A stretch of 64,000 nt of DNA from Aplysia californica. Lineage: Eukaryota. The stretch spans positions 887,425-951,424 of the forward strand of contig NW_004797453.1 of assembly GCF_000002075.1 (NCBI RefSeq). Direction: 5' to 3'. Below, piece after piece: positions 1 to 13,469 of this stretch. The stretch's first letter is position 1. Each line of letters begins with the position of its first letter. A program made the position numbers and the translations under genes. The notes below the pieces were generated by a model, which was given only the letters and a program-made list of their open reading frames with translations, was not told the DNA's origin and made no database searches.

Positions 1-4
1 CACC

Positions 5-130
5 ATGCTTTGGCTAAGTGAATCAGAGTGAAATCCCGTCATTGAAAAGCTTCAGGTGGGCACCCTTTCGTATGTCGCGAAGAGGTTCAACGTGAACAGC
101 CACACTGTGTATGCGACACGAGATCACATG
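5..130 (+). mobile_element. Tc1 transposase N-terminal HTH remnant
   Basis: Translates to MLWLSESE*NPVIEKLQVGTLSYVAKRFNVNSHTVYATRD, similar to the Tc1 N-terminus at about 3210 (minus strand). Confidence 0.55.
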
Positions 131-356
131 GTAACGATACTTTACTATTACTTTTACTTTTTTATCCTCTGTTGCCAGTTAAGCGTCGAGGGAAGATGCA
201 GTTTTCTATGGTAGGCCAACTCCACTCTTTCAGTTGTGATATTATTTTCTCAAGTTTTCTTTGACACCCTCGATAAGCTCCCAAAAGTACATACCTTAGC
301 GAGTAGGACGCAGAAAGACAAAACGGAATGAGAACGCATTCATCCTAAAAAAAGAG

Positions 357-1600
357 TTATGGTCCCGCCAAAAACAAATGGACAACTTGTCGATCGCATT
401 ACACCGAATATCTAAGTGGCTAATCTCTCTGATTTTTTTGCATGCGCTTCTGAATTCTGAAAGACCTTAAAAATCTCGATTTTCGTGCATGTGCGACAAT
501 TATAAAGAGGTGCTGTCTATATAATCATTAGTAACTAATTGCTCATTAAACTCAACACCACACACTTTTTATAGGAAGCACGGTACAATACTAAAACCAT
601 AACAATACAGGGTGTCGTTGCAGGGGCTAAGCCAGAAATTTCAGGAGGGAAGGGGGGGGGGGGATACAGTTTGGTCAAACCCAAAACCGTGGGTCAACAG
701 AGTGCTAAATTTGAAGCGCTAATAGGCATGTCACTGGGCACCCCCCCCCCCTCACCCCCATGCAGGTCCATAGGCAGAGCCCCCCCCCCCCCCTCTTACA
801 CATACATTTTCGAGCCACCTGAATATAAAACATGTATTATTGGAAGTATTTTGCGTCTTTATATTNNNNNNNNNNNNNNNNNNNNNNNNNNNNNNNNNNN
901 NNNNNNNNNNNNNNNNNNNNNNNNNNNNNNNNNNNNNNNNNNNNNNNNNNNNNNNNNNNNNNNNNNNNNNNNNNNNNNNNNNNNNNNNNNNNNNNNNNNN
1001 NNNNNNNNNNNNNNNNNNNNNNNNNNNNNNNNNNNNNNNNNNNNNNNNNNNNNATCATCTGACATGTCAACAGTAACTCAGTACTTCAATAATTTTAAGG
1101 CAACTTGTTTTTAGGTTTGTAAATTAAGTACCGTAATCAAGCCATGGTGATTAATGGAAATGTGACAGCATATTGAAACGCAAACGATCTAAAAAACTGT
1201 GAAGATATGAAAGAAATTTTACGCAGTGTATATCACAATTAGTCAGTCTAAATAAACCCACTGTCAACCACAAGCCGCTGGACTGAAAACAACTCAGTCT
1301 TGCGGCACATGTAGTCAGTTAAACAAATAGATTGAAAGAAAAAACAAAACAAAAACATAACTAATAATCAACTACCGTTCTTGTTCTAATGAAAATTCCT
1401 CACGTACACTGTAATTAAATACTAATGATTATATACAGAAAACACTTCTTTATATTTGTCGCAAAAGCACGACAATCGAGATATTTTAGGGGTTTTTCTT
1501 TTGTAATTCAAAGGCACATGCAAAAAATTAGATCAATTCGCCACTTAGTTTCAGTGTAATAAGGCCGACAAGTTGTCAATTTGGTGTTGTCCAGACTATA
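357..1600. mobile_element. Non-autonomous DNA transposon with long imperfect inverted ends
   Basis: Positions about 360-535 are a degenerate reverse complement of about 1420-1600 (gacaacttgtcg / cgacaagttgtc; aatcattagta / tactaatgatt). TA lies at the ends. The right arm recurs at about 48230-48650. Confidence 0.6.
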
Positions 1601-1639
1601 GAAATGATCGTCCGATCTTTATAATTACTGTTATCCTTC

Positions 1640-2320
1640 GTTTGAAAGAGGGGAACCTTCGTGCTAGAGGCCTAGTTTGTCTCATAAAACTGCAGCCCCG
1701 TCACTGGGCACAGCATCGCGTGAGAAAGCCGCATTGTATTTGGAATACGTATATGTTTTCAGATGAGTCCTAATTTCGACTGAAACGGCACGATGGACGG
1801 GCCATGAAGAGTATACAGAAGACACAAACTAAGGTTACTTTCCAGTTCTATCTTGCTTCAGACAAAAAATAATTTCGGTGGAGGCAGTGAATCAGCGATG
1901 CCGGCAAAACCACACTTGTGTCTATTCGTGGGAACATAACAGCTCAAAACTACATCAACCACGCTCTCGAGCCCAAAGTACTTTTCTTTCAAAATCAAAC
2001 CTTAGGATAAATATTCATGTATGATAATGCACCTGCTTATAAAGCTGCTTTGAGAAATCAATTTCTCAAAACTAACAATATTCCTCTCTTAGTCTTACAC
2101 CTATGGACAGCGCATTCACCAAATCTCAATTAAAATGAGAACTTGCGGGACATTTTAAATCGCGCTATTCGTGCCAGACCACGTCAGCCCCGGACCCATG
2201 CTCAGTTATAACAAGCCTTTATTTCTAGAGTGGAATAACATCCGTTAAAAGACAACAACTCGACTCATTCAGTCCATGCAGATAGGAACAACGCCAGTTG
2301 TCATCACACGTTACTGAAGC
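1640..2320 (+). mobile_element. Tc1 transposase pseudogene, catalytic half
   Basis: Frameshifted motifs MFSDES, GGGS, FMYDNAPAY, HSPNLN..ENL and LEWNNI, ending near ..TRY*. Confidence 0.85.
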
Positions 2321-2509
2321 TGCCACTTTGCATTTAGTTCCCTGACAACAGTTTCAACATTGAAGACGAAAAACATTTTAAACTTTACGTCATTCAACGT
2401 GTTTCCTTTGCTGTAAAATAAATGCGCCGTCTGATCTAAAATTTTAAGACAGATTTGATAAGCCTGTAATAATATGAGGTGTGAAGTTAAAAATGAAAAA
2501 GTATATATA

Positions 2510-3215
2510 TATATTTTGAATGGCTGCAATGAAGTATGGTTGAAGAATTTCGTCAACGTACCGGTGTGCTGTCAAATTGCCATGAACAGCCACAAGTGGG
2601 GGTCTTGCCAGCTGCTGTAATTCATCCCCCACGTCATCACATTTCTACCACCAAAAGCTCTGGACTGACTTAGGCATTGAGGAACGAATCTCTCATTTAC
2701 TCTCCGGAATACACGTTTTCTTCCATTTTGACGTTTCAAAAGAATTCTGGATTCGTTGGAGAACATGTGGTTATGCCATACATGGCGAGACCAACGTGAA
2801 TGGATTCTTGCCTAATCAAGCCTGTTTCTAATGCTCTAGGGCGTCAATCGTATGCGGGGAGCTGGGCACCTTGCTCGGAGTCCAAGTTCTTTCAACCGTC
2901 TCAATACAGTCGTTTTTTATATTGGGTTGACAGGTCGCATGTTGTTCAACTCATCCTGGGTTTGTCTAGCCATTTTGAAAGGATTCCGTAGATGCGACAG
3001 GCGTGTACAAAGATCCTGTCTTGGAGTAGTTTCTCTTCTCCCAAGTCGACGAGTTCGATCCTTTTGTGATCTTGTCGTTCTTTCTCGATCCATTGTTGCG
3101 AACACAGTTCTTCTTGTTAAATTAACATGTCTAGCAGCAATGGATACTGAGGCATCCCCGCAAATCATTTCAACGAGTTGATGTAGCACATTCTCTTTTA
3201 GGCGTGGCGTTATGA
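2510..3215 (-). mobile_element. Tc1 transposase pseudogene, N-terminal two-thirds
   Basis: ORF pieces PRLKEN..AARHVNLTRRTV..TTPRQD..HLRNPF, FSNESRILL..GRKRVFRR..GGRNVMTWG and VHGNLTAHRYVDEIL. The start ATG appears mutated to ACG. Confidence 0.88.
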
Positions 3216-5357
3216 AAAGTAGACAACACAAGTTTTTATCACTGGCAAATTGGTACAAAAAATGATAAAGCTTTGACGTGTACTTCTTTTTCAAACAAAT
3301 CATTGCTGTGTCAGGAGTAATTCTCAAAAACACAAAACTTGAATCACGCACGAAGTAACAAAACCAGTCGCGAGTTCAGAAATATGAAAACGACCCACCA
3401 GCGACAGGTATATCACGTAGTCAGTGTGTAAATTTGAAAATAAAAAGTTGCAAAGATTTTTTAAATTGAGCTTTAAAATGTGTATACTTAAAAATGTGCC
3501 AGAGTTTTGTTTAGTTTTAGTAAGGTTTTTACGGTGCTTGCAACTGCATAGGGTCATGTGAGCGCCATCCAGAGTAGTATATATATATATANNNNNNNNN
3601 NNNNNNNNNNNNNNNNNNNNNNNNNNNNNNNNNNNNNNNNNNNNNNNNNNNNNNNNNNNNNNNNNNNNNNNNNNNNNNNNNNNNNNNNNNNNNNNNNNNN
3701 NNNNNNNNNNNNNNNNNNNNNNNNNNNNNNNNNNNNNNNNNNNNNNNNNNNNNNNNNNNNNNNNNNNNNNNNNNNNNNNNNNNNNNNNNNNNNNNNNNNN
3801 NNNNNNNNNNNNNNNNNNNNNNNNNNNNNNNNNNNNNNNNNNNNNNNNNNNNNNNNNNNNNNNNNNNNNNNNNNNNNNNNNNNNNNNNNNNNNNNNNNNN
3901 NNNNNNNNNNNNNNNNNNNNNNNNNNNNNNNNNNNNNNNNNNNNNNNNNNNNNNNNNNNNNNNNNNNNNNNNNNNNNNNNNNNNNNNNNNNNNNNNNNNN
4001 NNNNNNNNNNNNNNNNNNNNNNNNNNNNNNNNNNNNNNNNNNNNNNNNNNNNNNNNNNNNNNNNNNNNNNNNNNNNNNNNNNNNNNNNNNNNNNNNNNNN
4101 NNNNNNNNNNNNNNNNNNNNNNNNNNNNNNNNNNNNNNNNNNNNNNNNNNNNNNNNNNNNNNNNNNNNNNNNNNNNNNNNNNNNNNNNNNNNNNNNNNNN
4201 NNNNNNNNNNNNNNNNNNNNNNNNNNNNNNNNNNNNNNNNNNNNNNNNNNNNNNNNNNNNNNNNNNNNNNNNNNNNNNNNNNNNNNNNNNNNNNNNNNNN
4301 NNNNNNNNNNNNNNNNNNNNNNNNNNNNNNNNNNNNNNNNNNNNNNNNNNNNNNNNNNNNNNNNNNNNNNNNNNNNNNNNNNNNNNNNNNNNNNNNNNNN
4401 NNNNNNNNNNNNNNNNNNNNNNNNNNNNNNNNNNNNNNNNNNNNNNNNNNNNNNNNNNNNNNNNNNNNNNNNNNNNNNNNNNNNNNNNNNNNNNNNNNNN
4501 NNNNNNNNNNNNNNNNNNNNNNNNNNNNNNNNNNNNNNNNNNNNNNNNNNNNNNNNNNNNNNNNNNNNNNGGGAGGGGGTGTCAAGTTGGGGAAATAATA
4601 CATGTATTTGGGGTACTAAGGTGGGAAAGAGGAAGAAGAATAGGGAGCTAGGCGTTAAGTTAGGGTGAGACTGTAGTGCCATGATTTTGAAAGCCAAAGT
4701 CAGCTAAAGAGTTCAAGTACGTGGGGGAGGAGAAAAGGGGAGGGGAAGCGTGTGGATTTTGATTGGAAGGGAAGGGGGTGAGAGGGGGTGGAGGAGGGGG
4801 ACAGCAGCTTGAATAATTAAGTGGTAAATTTAGGTTCCTTGAAATCATCCTCATCATCATCCTCATCATCATCATCATCACCATCATCATTATTAGAACC
4901 ACTACCACACCATCATCACGATCACGACCACGATCATCCTAAACAAAAATGCATATCACACAGCTGGTTAATACATTTGAATTATACACAGAAGTTCAAA
5001 GTTCAAATTAAAGAGGGTTTGTAACTTATTTTTCCTGTATTGAATATTTTTTCTCGGCCCATTTCACTTCTAGCGCCCGTTTCTTGTTGGGTATAGGTAC
5101 TTTACTATAAAATATAATTTCGGCCGCTCATAAAATGACTTATTTCATGCATACAGGCCCATTCATTGTACAACAATCCTGTTAAATACCTATGCACCTA
5201 TAATATACAAAATTCGAGAAAACCATACATTCATAAAGTTGTAATCACTGTGACTGTTGATTCCCCCAAGTTGGACGAAAAATCAAACTAGGAGGCAAAA
5301 TAGAATTTAAACAAATGTCTTCAGCCTGCAAAACAGGAAGACCCGAGTAGTACTTAC

Positions 5358-5543
5358 CAAGTGTAAGTTTGGCTGGTGATTCTGGTGGAACCCAGAATAT
5401 GACCATGGTAAGTAAAGAGAGCAGAGCACAGGGCATGATGAGGATGAACGTGTAGAATGCCACACGGCGACGCAGTCGTAACTTGAACTTGAGATCTGGG
5501 TACGGCTCTGGGCAACACGTGTATTTCTTTACGTGACGAGCCC
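5358..5543 (-). CDS. nAChR subunit internal exon (loop C, M1, M1-M2 linker)
   Basis: Encodes (G)ARHVKKYTCCPEPYPDLKFKLRLRRRVAFYTFILIMPCALLSLLTMVIFWVPPESPAKLTL(G). The vicinal cysteines (YxCC) define an alpha subunit. Acceptor ataccag, donor gtaagt, 186 bp, phase 1/1. Confidence 0.96.
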
Positions 5544-5699
5544 CTGGTATAGAATGCATTGGGAGGGGGGGTAGGGGTGGGAAGGGGAGAGACAGTTCAT
5601 TGCAATAATACATGAGTTTCTGCATTAGAAATGACGTTATAAGTAGATGAAAGGAATACTATAATAAGAATATTGAGAATTTCTTGAAAGGAAAAGAAA

Positions 5700-5966
5700 T
5701 CAAATCAGATAGTATCTGAAGAAGCCTGGGAGGCTTGTTCACGGGTAAAAACCATTAGGAACAGAGACAAATTATGCAGTTTCTGGGACACTTGAACTGA
5801 CATAAGGGTCGTGAGCATCTAGCTCTCACTGACACAATTGGAAGGCAAACGAGGTTAGATCCAGAGCAACACATCAGGTGAGCCTAAACAGATGGGTGAC
5901 GGGGAAATATCAGGGTAATATGGCTCTTTTGAGAGCAGTCGAGCAGATCTGGCACTTGATGATGAA
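5700..5966 (+). mobile_element. RTE-type LINE 3' fragment
   Basis: Degenerate MQFLGHLN.HKG.EHLALT...EGKRG motif followed by a tgatgatga tail. Confidence 0.55.
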
Positions 5967-7272
5967 GTAATACCGTTATTGTTATGGTAAGCAACTTTGC
6001 TCAGGCAGCAGAAATATGGAAAGAGGTAGACTTTTCTTGTTAATTATAAACGTCCAGCATAAACTTTGAGACAGTTAATTGCAATAATACATGATTTTCA
6101 GCCTTGAAAATGATAGTGTATGCTTCTGCACAATATTATGGTAGTCAGCTTCGCCCAGGCAATAGAAGTGAAGAAAGAGGCAGACTTCTCTTTGTAATTA
6201 TATATTAGCGTAAGTGACAATTTGAAAGAAAATGTAGAAATTTAGAGTGTTTGACCTCTCTTCCTCTACGTGTTCCCCCACTCATTTCCCCCACTTCTTT
6301 CTCCACTTTCATCCCCCCCCCCCTCCTTATTATGTATAAAGCCGACTGTTCGAGGAAAATATAAGCTCCCAGTCTTTCGGCTCAGCCAGAGGAGACATAT
6401 GTGAATATTTCCATTGTACGAACCTACTTTTCAGGCCATTCATACTTTCAAAGACATATTGAATAAACGCACACGCTAAGACAAATTGAAACGTTTACTC
6501 AAAAACAATATTCAGAGAATATTCTCTTGCCTTCTCAAGCTGAGCTACGATTCACAGACTTTGATCTTTAAACAGGCAGAGAGCAAGCAATAAGGACATG
6601 AAGAGCTCACAAGATTTCGTTTTCGAAACACCAATCTCAACTTTAGACAATCCATATGCTTTTTGCTGTGATTTTCTAAAATATTTGTCAAAATAATTTT
6701 TCCTTTTTAACCCACCTCTTCTCTGAAAATATTCCACCCGCAAAAGAAAGCACGACACAAAATCGATCTCTCGCGGCAGCATAATATTGCATTAGGCCAA
6801 AGCTTTGCCAATACTTTTCTCGAGGAAGCTCAGTAGGCTCATGTCTCCTGTTTTTTTTATAAAGTGTCTTTACCAACAGGATATATGTTCTGTCATTGTC
6901 TTTATGATTGTTATTGTCTAGGGTTAATGCCCCTTTTCAGATTGTAAGGCTATTTCCGAGGCAGGATTTCCGAAATTAATGTCCACCCCCGATTGGACCG
7001 AGCCACGAAAGTGAACAATCTAAAAAACTCCCAAACAACCTAAATTCAGAACGCTCCTTTGGACATTCCAACAAGGCTCACCCTCTGCTCCGTAGTCGAG
7101 CAAGACAGCAACAAAGCTAACGGTGCGATCAATAGATAATATATGTTCTAACAGTGGCACTCGTATCGAGCCTCCCCCCCCCCCAAATCACAAGCAATCC
7201 AGACGTACCCTACCCACACATCCTGAGCGCGAAAAGGTAGAATCGACCAAAAGAGAGGTCAACAAAACTTAC

Positions 7273-7338
7273 CTGAGTTTTCAACAATGTGCCATTCGTT
7301 GTTTTCAATATATTCTCCAAGTTCAAACTTGTCTCGAT
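7273..7338 (-). CDS. nAChR subunit internal exon (loop F region)
   Basis: Acceptor tctcctcag, donor gtaagt, 66 bp, phase 1/1. It encodes (D)RDKFELGEYIENNEWHIVENS, matching the nAChR 'L..Y..N.EW.I' motif, and is in frame with both flanking exons. Confidence 0.92.
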
Positions 7339-9387
7339 CTGAGGAGATACATCGTTTTGAGAAATATGAAATACAATAATATACATTTATTTTAGCGCAA
7401 AACACCGGAGAACCAGTGAACAATGACTGCCTTAAAAAAAAACAGCTTAAAAATCGTCCGGAGGAGAGCAAATCGTCTTGATATGTTTGATCATCGCATA
7501 GACATTCAATGGTTTTTTAAATGCACTTTTTCAGCTTACAGATTAAAACAGATCCAGTATTCTGCAATTGCTGGGACGCAGAATCTCATTGAAGTTTGTT
7601 GTCGAACGGGATTAAACTTTAAATCATGTAGAAATAGCTATGGCAGCTGAAAACTAATTTTATTTTAGGAATTACGGTTGTAAAATAAGCAAAATTACTA
7701 CAGAGGAACTGATTTGATGAAATATATAAATTAATGCAATTATAAAGAGAAATAAGTAATGAAGCAAGGTCACCCACTGTGTTGTGCATTTTTCATCAAA
7801 GCTTTCACACACTGCAGTATGGAAATTTTTTCGAAAGGCACTATTCTTCACTTTATTGAGATCTAATGAAAATCAGCCTTCTCCTTTTGCATAATTTGCA
7901 TTTTTAGTAAGATTAACTGTTAAAAAATCTTGAGGCTATTATACCTACTACAGGTTTAAAAATCGTATTTCCGTTTTGCCGAAAGTGGGAATAACTACTA
8001 AAGGATTGCTCTGTCAAACAAGCCTGCCTTCACTTGAATGTGTGAGTGGTTGCTTTCTATCAAACTTTTCAATATATATAGATCTAGGCTCAATGAGGTG
8101 CTTCTCACTTTTCACCTCGAAACATATGATAAACAAGCTTCGGGAGCTGAGTATTTTTAGACTGAAAACAGTTCAACAGCACATTGCAACCACTGGATAC
8201 TAAGTACGGGAAAGGGGTGGAGACATACAGGTACAATCGACTCCGCTTCTGTCGAAATCGTTTGAGTTGATCTTCGGTTATGTTGATCTTTTTCTCGGGT
8301 TCGAGCACCTCTTCTTTTTACAGATCTCAACGGTTAAGGCTGAAAGTATACTGCCACGCACAACTGAAGCGTGCCGCGAAATGGGCGAGCAGCTAGGTCG
8401 GAAGAGATGATCCCATAGGTCAGCGCGAATCCGTCCGGCTGTGTAAAAAAATGGCGCCAAGTAGGCGAAAACAGCGCAGTGATCGCCCCCCCCCCCCTTT
8501 TTGTTGTATATCCACGGTGTTCCGGAGCACTCCGATAGCAGGGCGAGCCTGCCCGCACGCAAAAAACAAGTGCTGCACACACGCACGTCTTTTTGGGTCC
8601 TCACGACTCCTCACGTCTTATCTAGTCGTATCAGTGAAATCACTCATAAGTAATGAAGAGGAGGGCACGACTTTTTTCGCGGCGCACTCCAGTTGTGCGT
8701 GGCAGTATATTTTCAACCTAAGTAGAACTTCGGATTGGCTGACCTTTTTTCCCCTCTCCCGACGACATCAATTCATCCGTATACATTTTTTGTGTAGCCC
8801 CCCCCCCTCTTTCCACATTAAAGTGACTTGAGCGAGCTCTAGTTTTTGAAAAGCGAGAAGAAATGTAACGGATTTATCTAGCTGCAATTGTTATTGTAAA
8901 CGAGCACACCAAGTTAAACTGTTACAAAAAAATACGGTAAAATACAAGTCGCTGTTCCCAGGTAACACTGACGTTAGCAGTCAATGTTCCCTGGCACAGC
9001 CTGAAACACCCGTCGCTACGAAATTGAGTGCTCGGGAAAATCGATTATTTGTGATATATTTTTCTTCGTCTTAGCTTTTCCAGGGGCTGGACGTTGCTTT
9101 TCGGACCTTTCTACAATAAAACACTCTGTCCCTTGTCATTTTGCCTGCCTGAGTTGTTTTGATTCCAAACCAGGATTATATTTGGTCCTGATCCCATCTT
9201 CTATAGGGCTCCCCCTTCCTCTCTTGCCTTCTACTGTTGCTTCCAAAATAATAATATTTCTTGAGTGAATCATGGTGTCTGATATGCCCAAAGTAGGCTT
9301 TTATATCAAATAACATCACATCACGAGTTCTAAAATATTCTATAAAAAAAGAAAGAAAAGAAAGCAAACAAAAACAAAAAGAGTAAG

Positions 9388-9388
9388 C

Positions 9389-9461
<73 letters not shown>
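9388..9461. repeat. (AAC)n microsatellite
   Basis: Directly visible. Confidence 0.95.
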
Positions 9462-9499
9462 CATATTATCATATACGAATTTTACGGAAAGAGGATAGT

Positions 9500-9700
9500 G
9501 TTGAACAATTTAAAATGTGTCTTTAGACTTTGAAAAACTCTCTCTATGATGTTATAAAATGCATGTCTTTTGGGAGGAGATTCCAAATTTTAGCGGCATA
9601 GGAAGACAGGGCCATTCCACCCAACTTGTTTGGCCTCACGGGAGGCACTCTCATGAGACTTTCATCCTACGATCTACGTCTTGGAGGTTTATATATACTT
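9500..9700 (-). mobile_element. CR1/L2-type LINE 3' fragment
   Basis: Minus strand reads ..SYAAKIWNLLPKD.., typical of the CR1/L2 ORF2 C-terminus, with an adjacent (TTG)n tract. Confidence 0.55.
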
Positions 9701-9708
9701 AATTATAC

Positions 9709-9778
<70 letters not shown>

Positions 9779-9797
9779 TATTATAAAATGTATTATA

Positions 9798-10218
9798 TTT
9801 GGCAACTTGGAAACACATTTGTTACTTTTCCCATAAAACTACGACAGCTACAGAGTTGAAAGTTGGCAAGTACCTGCAAAAAGATAGATAGGTCCCCGTG
9901 ACTGAGCTCGATTTTTTAATTTATTCGTTTCCTGAATTTATAAAAATACATTAGACAAAAAGTTCTCGCCCTTCTTTGGCCTTTGTGGTTATTCCACTGA
10001 GACGCGAAACAAATCTGCGTGGCTGTCCTTCAGGGCGAAAGTGCCGGAAGTGATATGTCGCGTGGCGCATTTTGGTTTGAGAGTATAGATCTAGTCCTTC
10101 TAATTTTTTTGCACTTCTCAAGATTTATTGCTCCATTCCTGTAGAGTGTAAACATAGACGGCCAATGACTTTCAGTTGATGTTAATGCACCGATCATTCG
10201 TTTCATCGAAAGGGGGCC
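9798..10218 (+). repeat. Interspersed non-coding repeat, copy 1
   Basis: Collinear with 40591-41008 (ttggcaacttggaaacac...gttgaaagttggcaagtacctgcaaaaagatagatagg...ttcatcgaaagggggcc). Confidence 0.85.
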
Positions 10219-10229
10219 CTGCTAATTAT

Positions 10230-10870
10230 ATATACATATTTATGTAAACATTGAACGCCATTAAAAACTCAATGCTTTGTTCGCAGAGTGTGAACACGTT
10301 TGTATCAAATGAAGATTGATTAAAAGAAGTGGTTTTTAAAGTTACATGGGCAGTGTAAAGGCAGGAGTGTCGTGTTGGATGACTGAGAGATTCTGATTTT
10401 TCTTCGCGCTGTTTTGCACAGTAAAGAGGGGGCTGTTGTCACGGCTTCATTAATTGACGTTCTTGGTCTAAGTCCCGAATTTATTACTCCGCGCGTCACA
10501 CCGATAAAAAAACAACAAAAAACAAACGCACTGTAAGCATGCCTTGAGCTGTTTCTTTTGAGAACTGAAACGATTTGGCAAATGCGGCAGCAAAATCCAC
10601 CTCTCTTGAACAGGGTTGGTCACTCGAGACTATTCTTTGTCCATCTCGGACACTTCAAGGGTGCTAAAATCTTTGTTTAAGTCGAGAACAATACAAGCAT
10701 TGCATTTCTGCCGTATTGCTGCTTCTCAGGCAAATATTTCGCCACTAACAAGACAAAAGCAAAAGTTGCAATCAGCTTCGCTAAGTTGAGGATTTTTGTA
10801 ATGAAAGAAATATAATAACTGATCGAAAAAAAGGTAGGAATTATGTTTGGAAAGAGCTACGGGTCATCTC
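10230..10870 (-). mobile_element. Internally deleted Tc1 remnant
   Basis: Shares its end sequence (attgaacgccattaaaaac..acacgtttgtatcaaatgaagat) and transposase N-terminal DNA with 45520-46620. Confidence 0.6.
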
Positions 10871-13469
10871 ACATTTTACCAAAGAATAGTTTACTGCATT
10901 GTGATGAAAATACTCATGGAAATAACAAAAATCGTGCACGGGTGTGTGGACTAATAATTTTTCAATTCACTAGATCTAGTCACTTGTGTCTCCAAAACTC
11001 GTGACGATCGGAGCACATTTGTTTTCTTTTTTTCAAAAAATAATTTTTTGAAAATGTTGCGTTTGAGTTNNNNNNNNNNNNNNNNNNNNNNNNNNNNNNN
11101 NNNNNNNNNNNNNNNNNNNNNNNNNNNNNNNNNNNNNNNNNNNNNNNNNNNNNNNNNNNNNNNNNNNNNNNNNNNNNNNNNNNNNNNNNNNNNNNNNNNN
11201 NTAAGATCTTTGAGAGACATTGTGGTGTTTTGTTGTTCATATACTTATGGCACAAAAGACTAACTTCGTGAACAATTCTAGCTTTTTAAGTAGCCAATAT
11301 TACTTTATCAATAAAGATGTGATGTGTTATTTTCGGGATCTTCTTAAGATAAATTTTGTTTCGTTGTTATTTGTACATGACGGAACCAGAACCCCCCTCC
11401 CCCCTTCCCTCAAATTTCTTAATCGTTATCAGCGAAAGAAGTTATAGGAGTTTGCCAATGTCGTCTAAGCACATCAAGAAAGCACGGCGCCAAACCTTTC
11501 CACAAAGATCCATTCAGTAAGACTTGAAACAAGTCATGGAACTGGAGAGCAAAAGTAAAGCTGCCTGCAAGGCGCTGAACACGTTTTACGGATAATATAT
11601 TATATGAAAAAAACCCAAGGTAAATAAACGAAGAGCAGTATTTGAGTCATTTAAAAAAGGCACATTTTGGTTCTCATTTTTATTTATTATGAACTTTGAT
11701 GAAAAAAATTCAACATAAAATTGATGAAATGAATAAAACATCAAAAGACATAAATATGAAATTTCTGCGTCAAATTAGAGCATAGCAGCAGCTTTTGTGT
11801 TAGCTTCCTAGGAACATGTTCTCTGCTGTTACCAACAGAATTTTTTTTAGGGAGGGGAGGGCATGCAATATCATGTTGGTGAAACAAGGTCTCTTCATCA
11901 GGCAAAAAAGAAAAAAAACACTCCGGTTTTACTATCTACGAAATATTATTTTGGATTAAAGTGTCAAATGTAAAAATCAGTGAAAATTTTACAATCTCAG
12001 TTTGTGTTTATCACTCTTGGATGAAACACATTGAAATAACTGAAAAATGGATGGGAATGATAAAGGCATGTAACATGTTCTGTCGAGACGTTACTTACCA
12101 ATGTAAAAAATAAAATCGAAGGCATCAAACAACAAGTGGGCGTCGAAACGAAACATTGTGATCTTTAAAAAAGCAACAAAAACACACACACAGTGCACAC
12201 AATTTGTACCAGAATGTAATTTGGAACAATTATAATTCACCCAAAAGGAATTTGTCTTACATAAATTTAATATAGAAGAAACGTGTTTTCGAAAACGGAA
12301 ATGGCTTTTTATTAAAATCACCTATAAACGCAAAATGCATCAATCAAAAAGATCTTGTAATTTAAGGATAGCCATGAAATGATTGGTCTGTTTTTTCCCT
12401 TCCTTTTCTTTTTAAAATCTAATCTTTCCATCTCTGTAACAATTAGACAATAATATTTCTTTTCTCCTACAGTTTCAGAATTATTCTTTTTTAAATTCTG
12501 GAATTCCGAGATCTAGAGCTCTCTACGTCGTTCCTTATGCTCAATGGTAGCCAAACACAAAGATCCATCAAACCAGGAGTACTCAAAGCTCCTGCACACT
12601 GTACACCTCACAGCACGGAGTTGCTTCTACAGACAGTAAGGTGGTGGGGGATGTTGCTCAAATAGGCATATTTTGCGGAGTTAACATATTATCCTGAAAT
12701 GTGATTTATGGACTTTGCAAAGGAATCAACGTCATCGAGAGATGTTCACGCTTTTCAAGACGATCGAGGAATCATGAACAGATTGCTATCCTATGATTCA
12801 TGCCAGCTTCGAGAACAGGAAAATGGTACAGTCGTAGATGCAGATCTGTCATGAAAATGCGGACAGTTGAGATGTAGGAAAATCCTTGCAGCAAACATCG
12901 TCTACAAATAGACATTTCAAGGGGCTCATCTTCCGAATTCTACACCCTGGTGACGTTTAAAAAATGGTGCAAACAACGTGTTTTTAATCTGAAGAGGTCG
13001 TTTTGTCTGAGAATTTTTTGTTCTGCTTCTCTACAGGTTCTAAATGAGGGACCATGTCCACCTTTGGCATCACATAAGGCAGTAAGGGCACTTTAACATT
13101 GTTACCGTACCTTGAGCAAAACATACGAAATGAGCTGGCGGTGAGGAAATGTTCAAAACAAAAAGCTCTCTGCTCGTTTCTTATCTTAACCATGATTTGA
13201 GCAAGCAAAGAATGCTTGAGAAAAACTGTGTGTAAACATCTGTTGGCCTACTGAAGCTTGCAATATGGCGCGATCGTTGGCACTTTTAATGGTAGGCCTA
13301 AAGCAAACTAGTGTGTCATGCTAGAAAAGTGGGGACATAGCTCAAAATGGGTTGTGTTTTACACGTTATGTAGAGCAAAACTATTCTATGGAATTATCTA
13401 TGATTAATATCAGACAAATAACTTTTGATTTCCAAATGTTCTGTACAAATTTGAAACGCAAAACTTCAG

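Noticed and set aside
3324-4697. Long ORFs spanning N runs or microsatellites (also about 25 kb, 33.2 kb, 39.3-40.1 kb, 43.3-44 kb and 56.2-57.4 kb)
   Set aside because: They are artefacts of assembly gaps and simple repeats.
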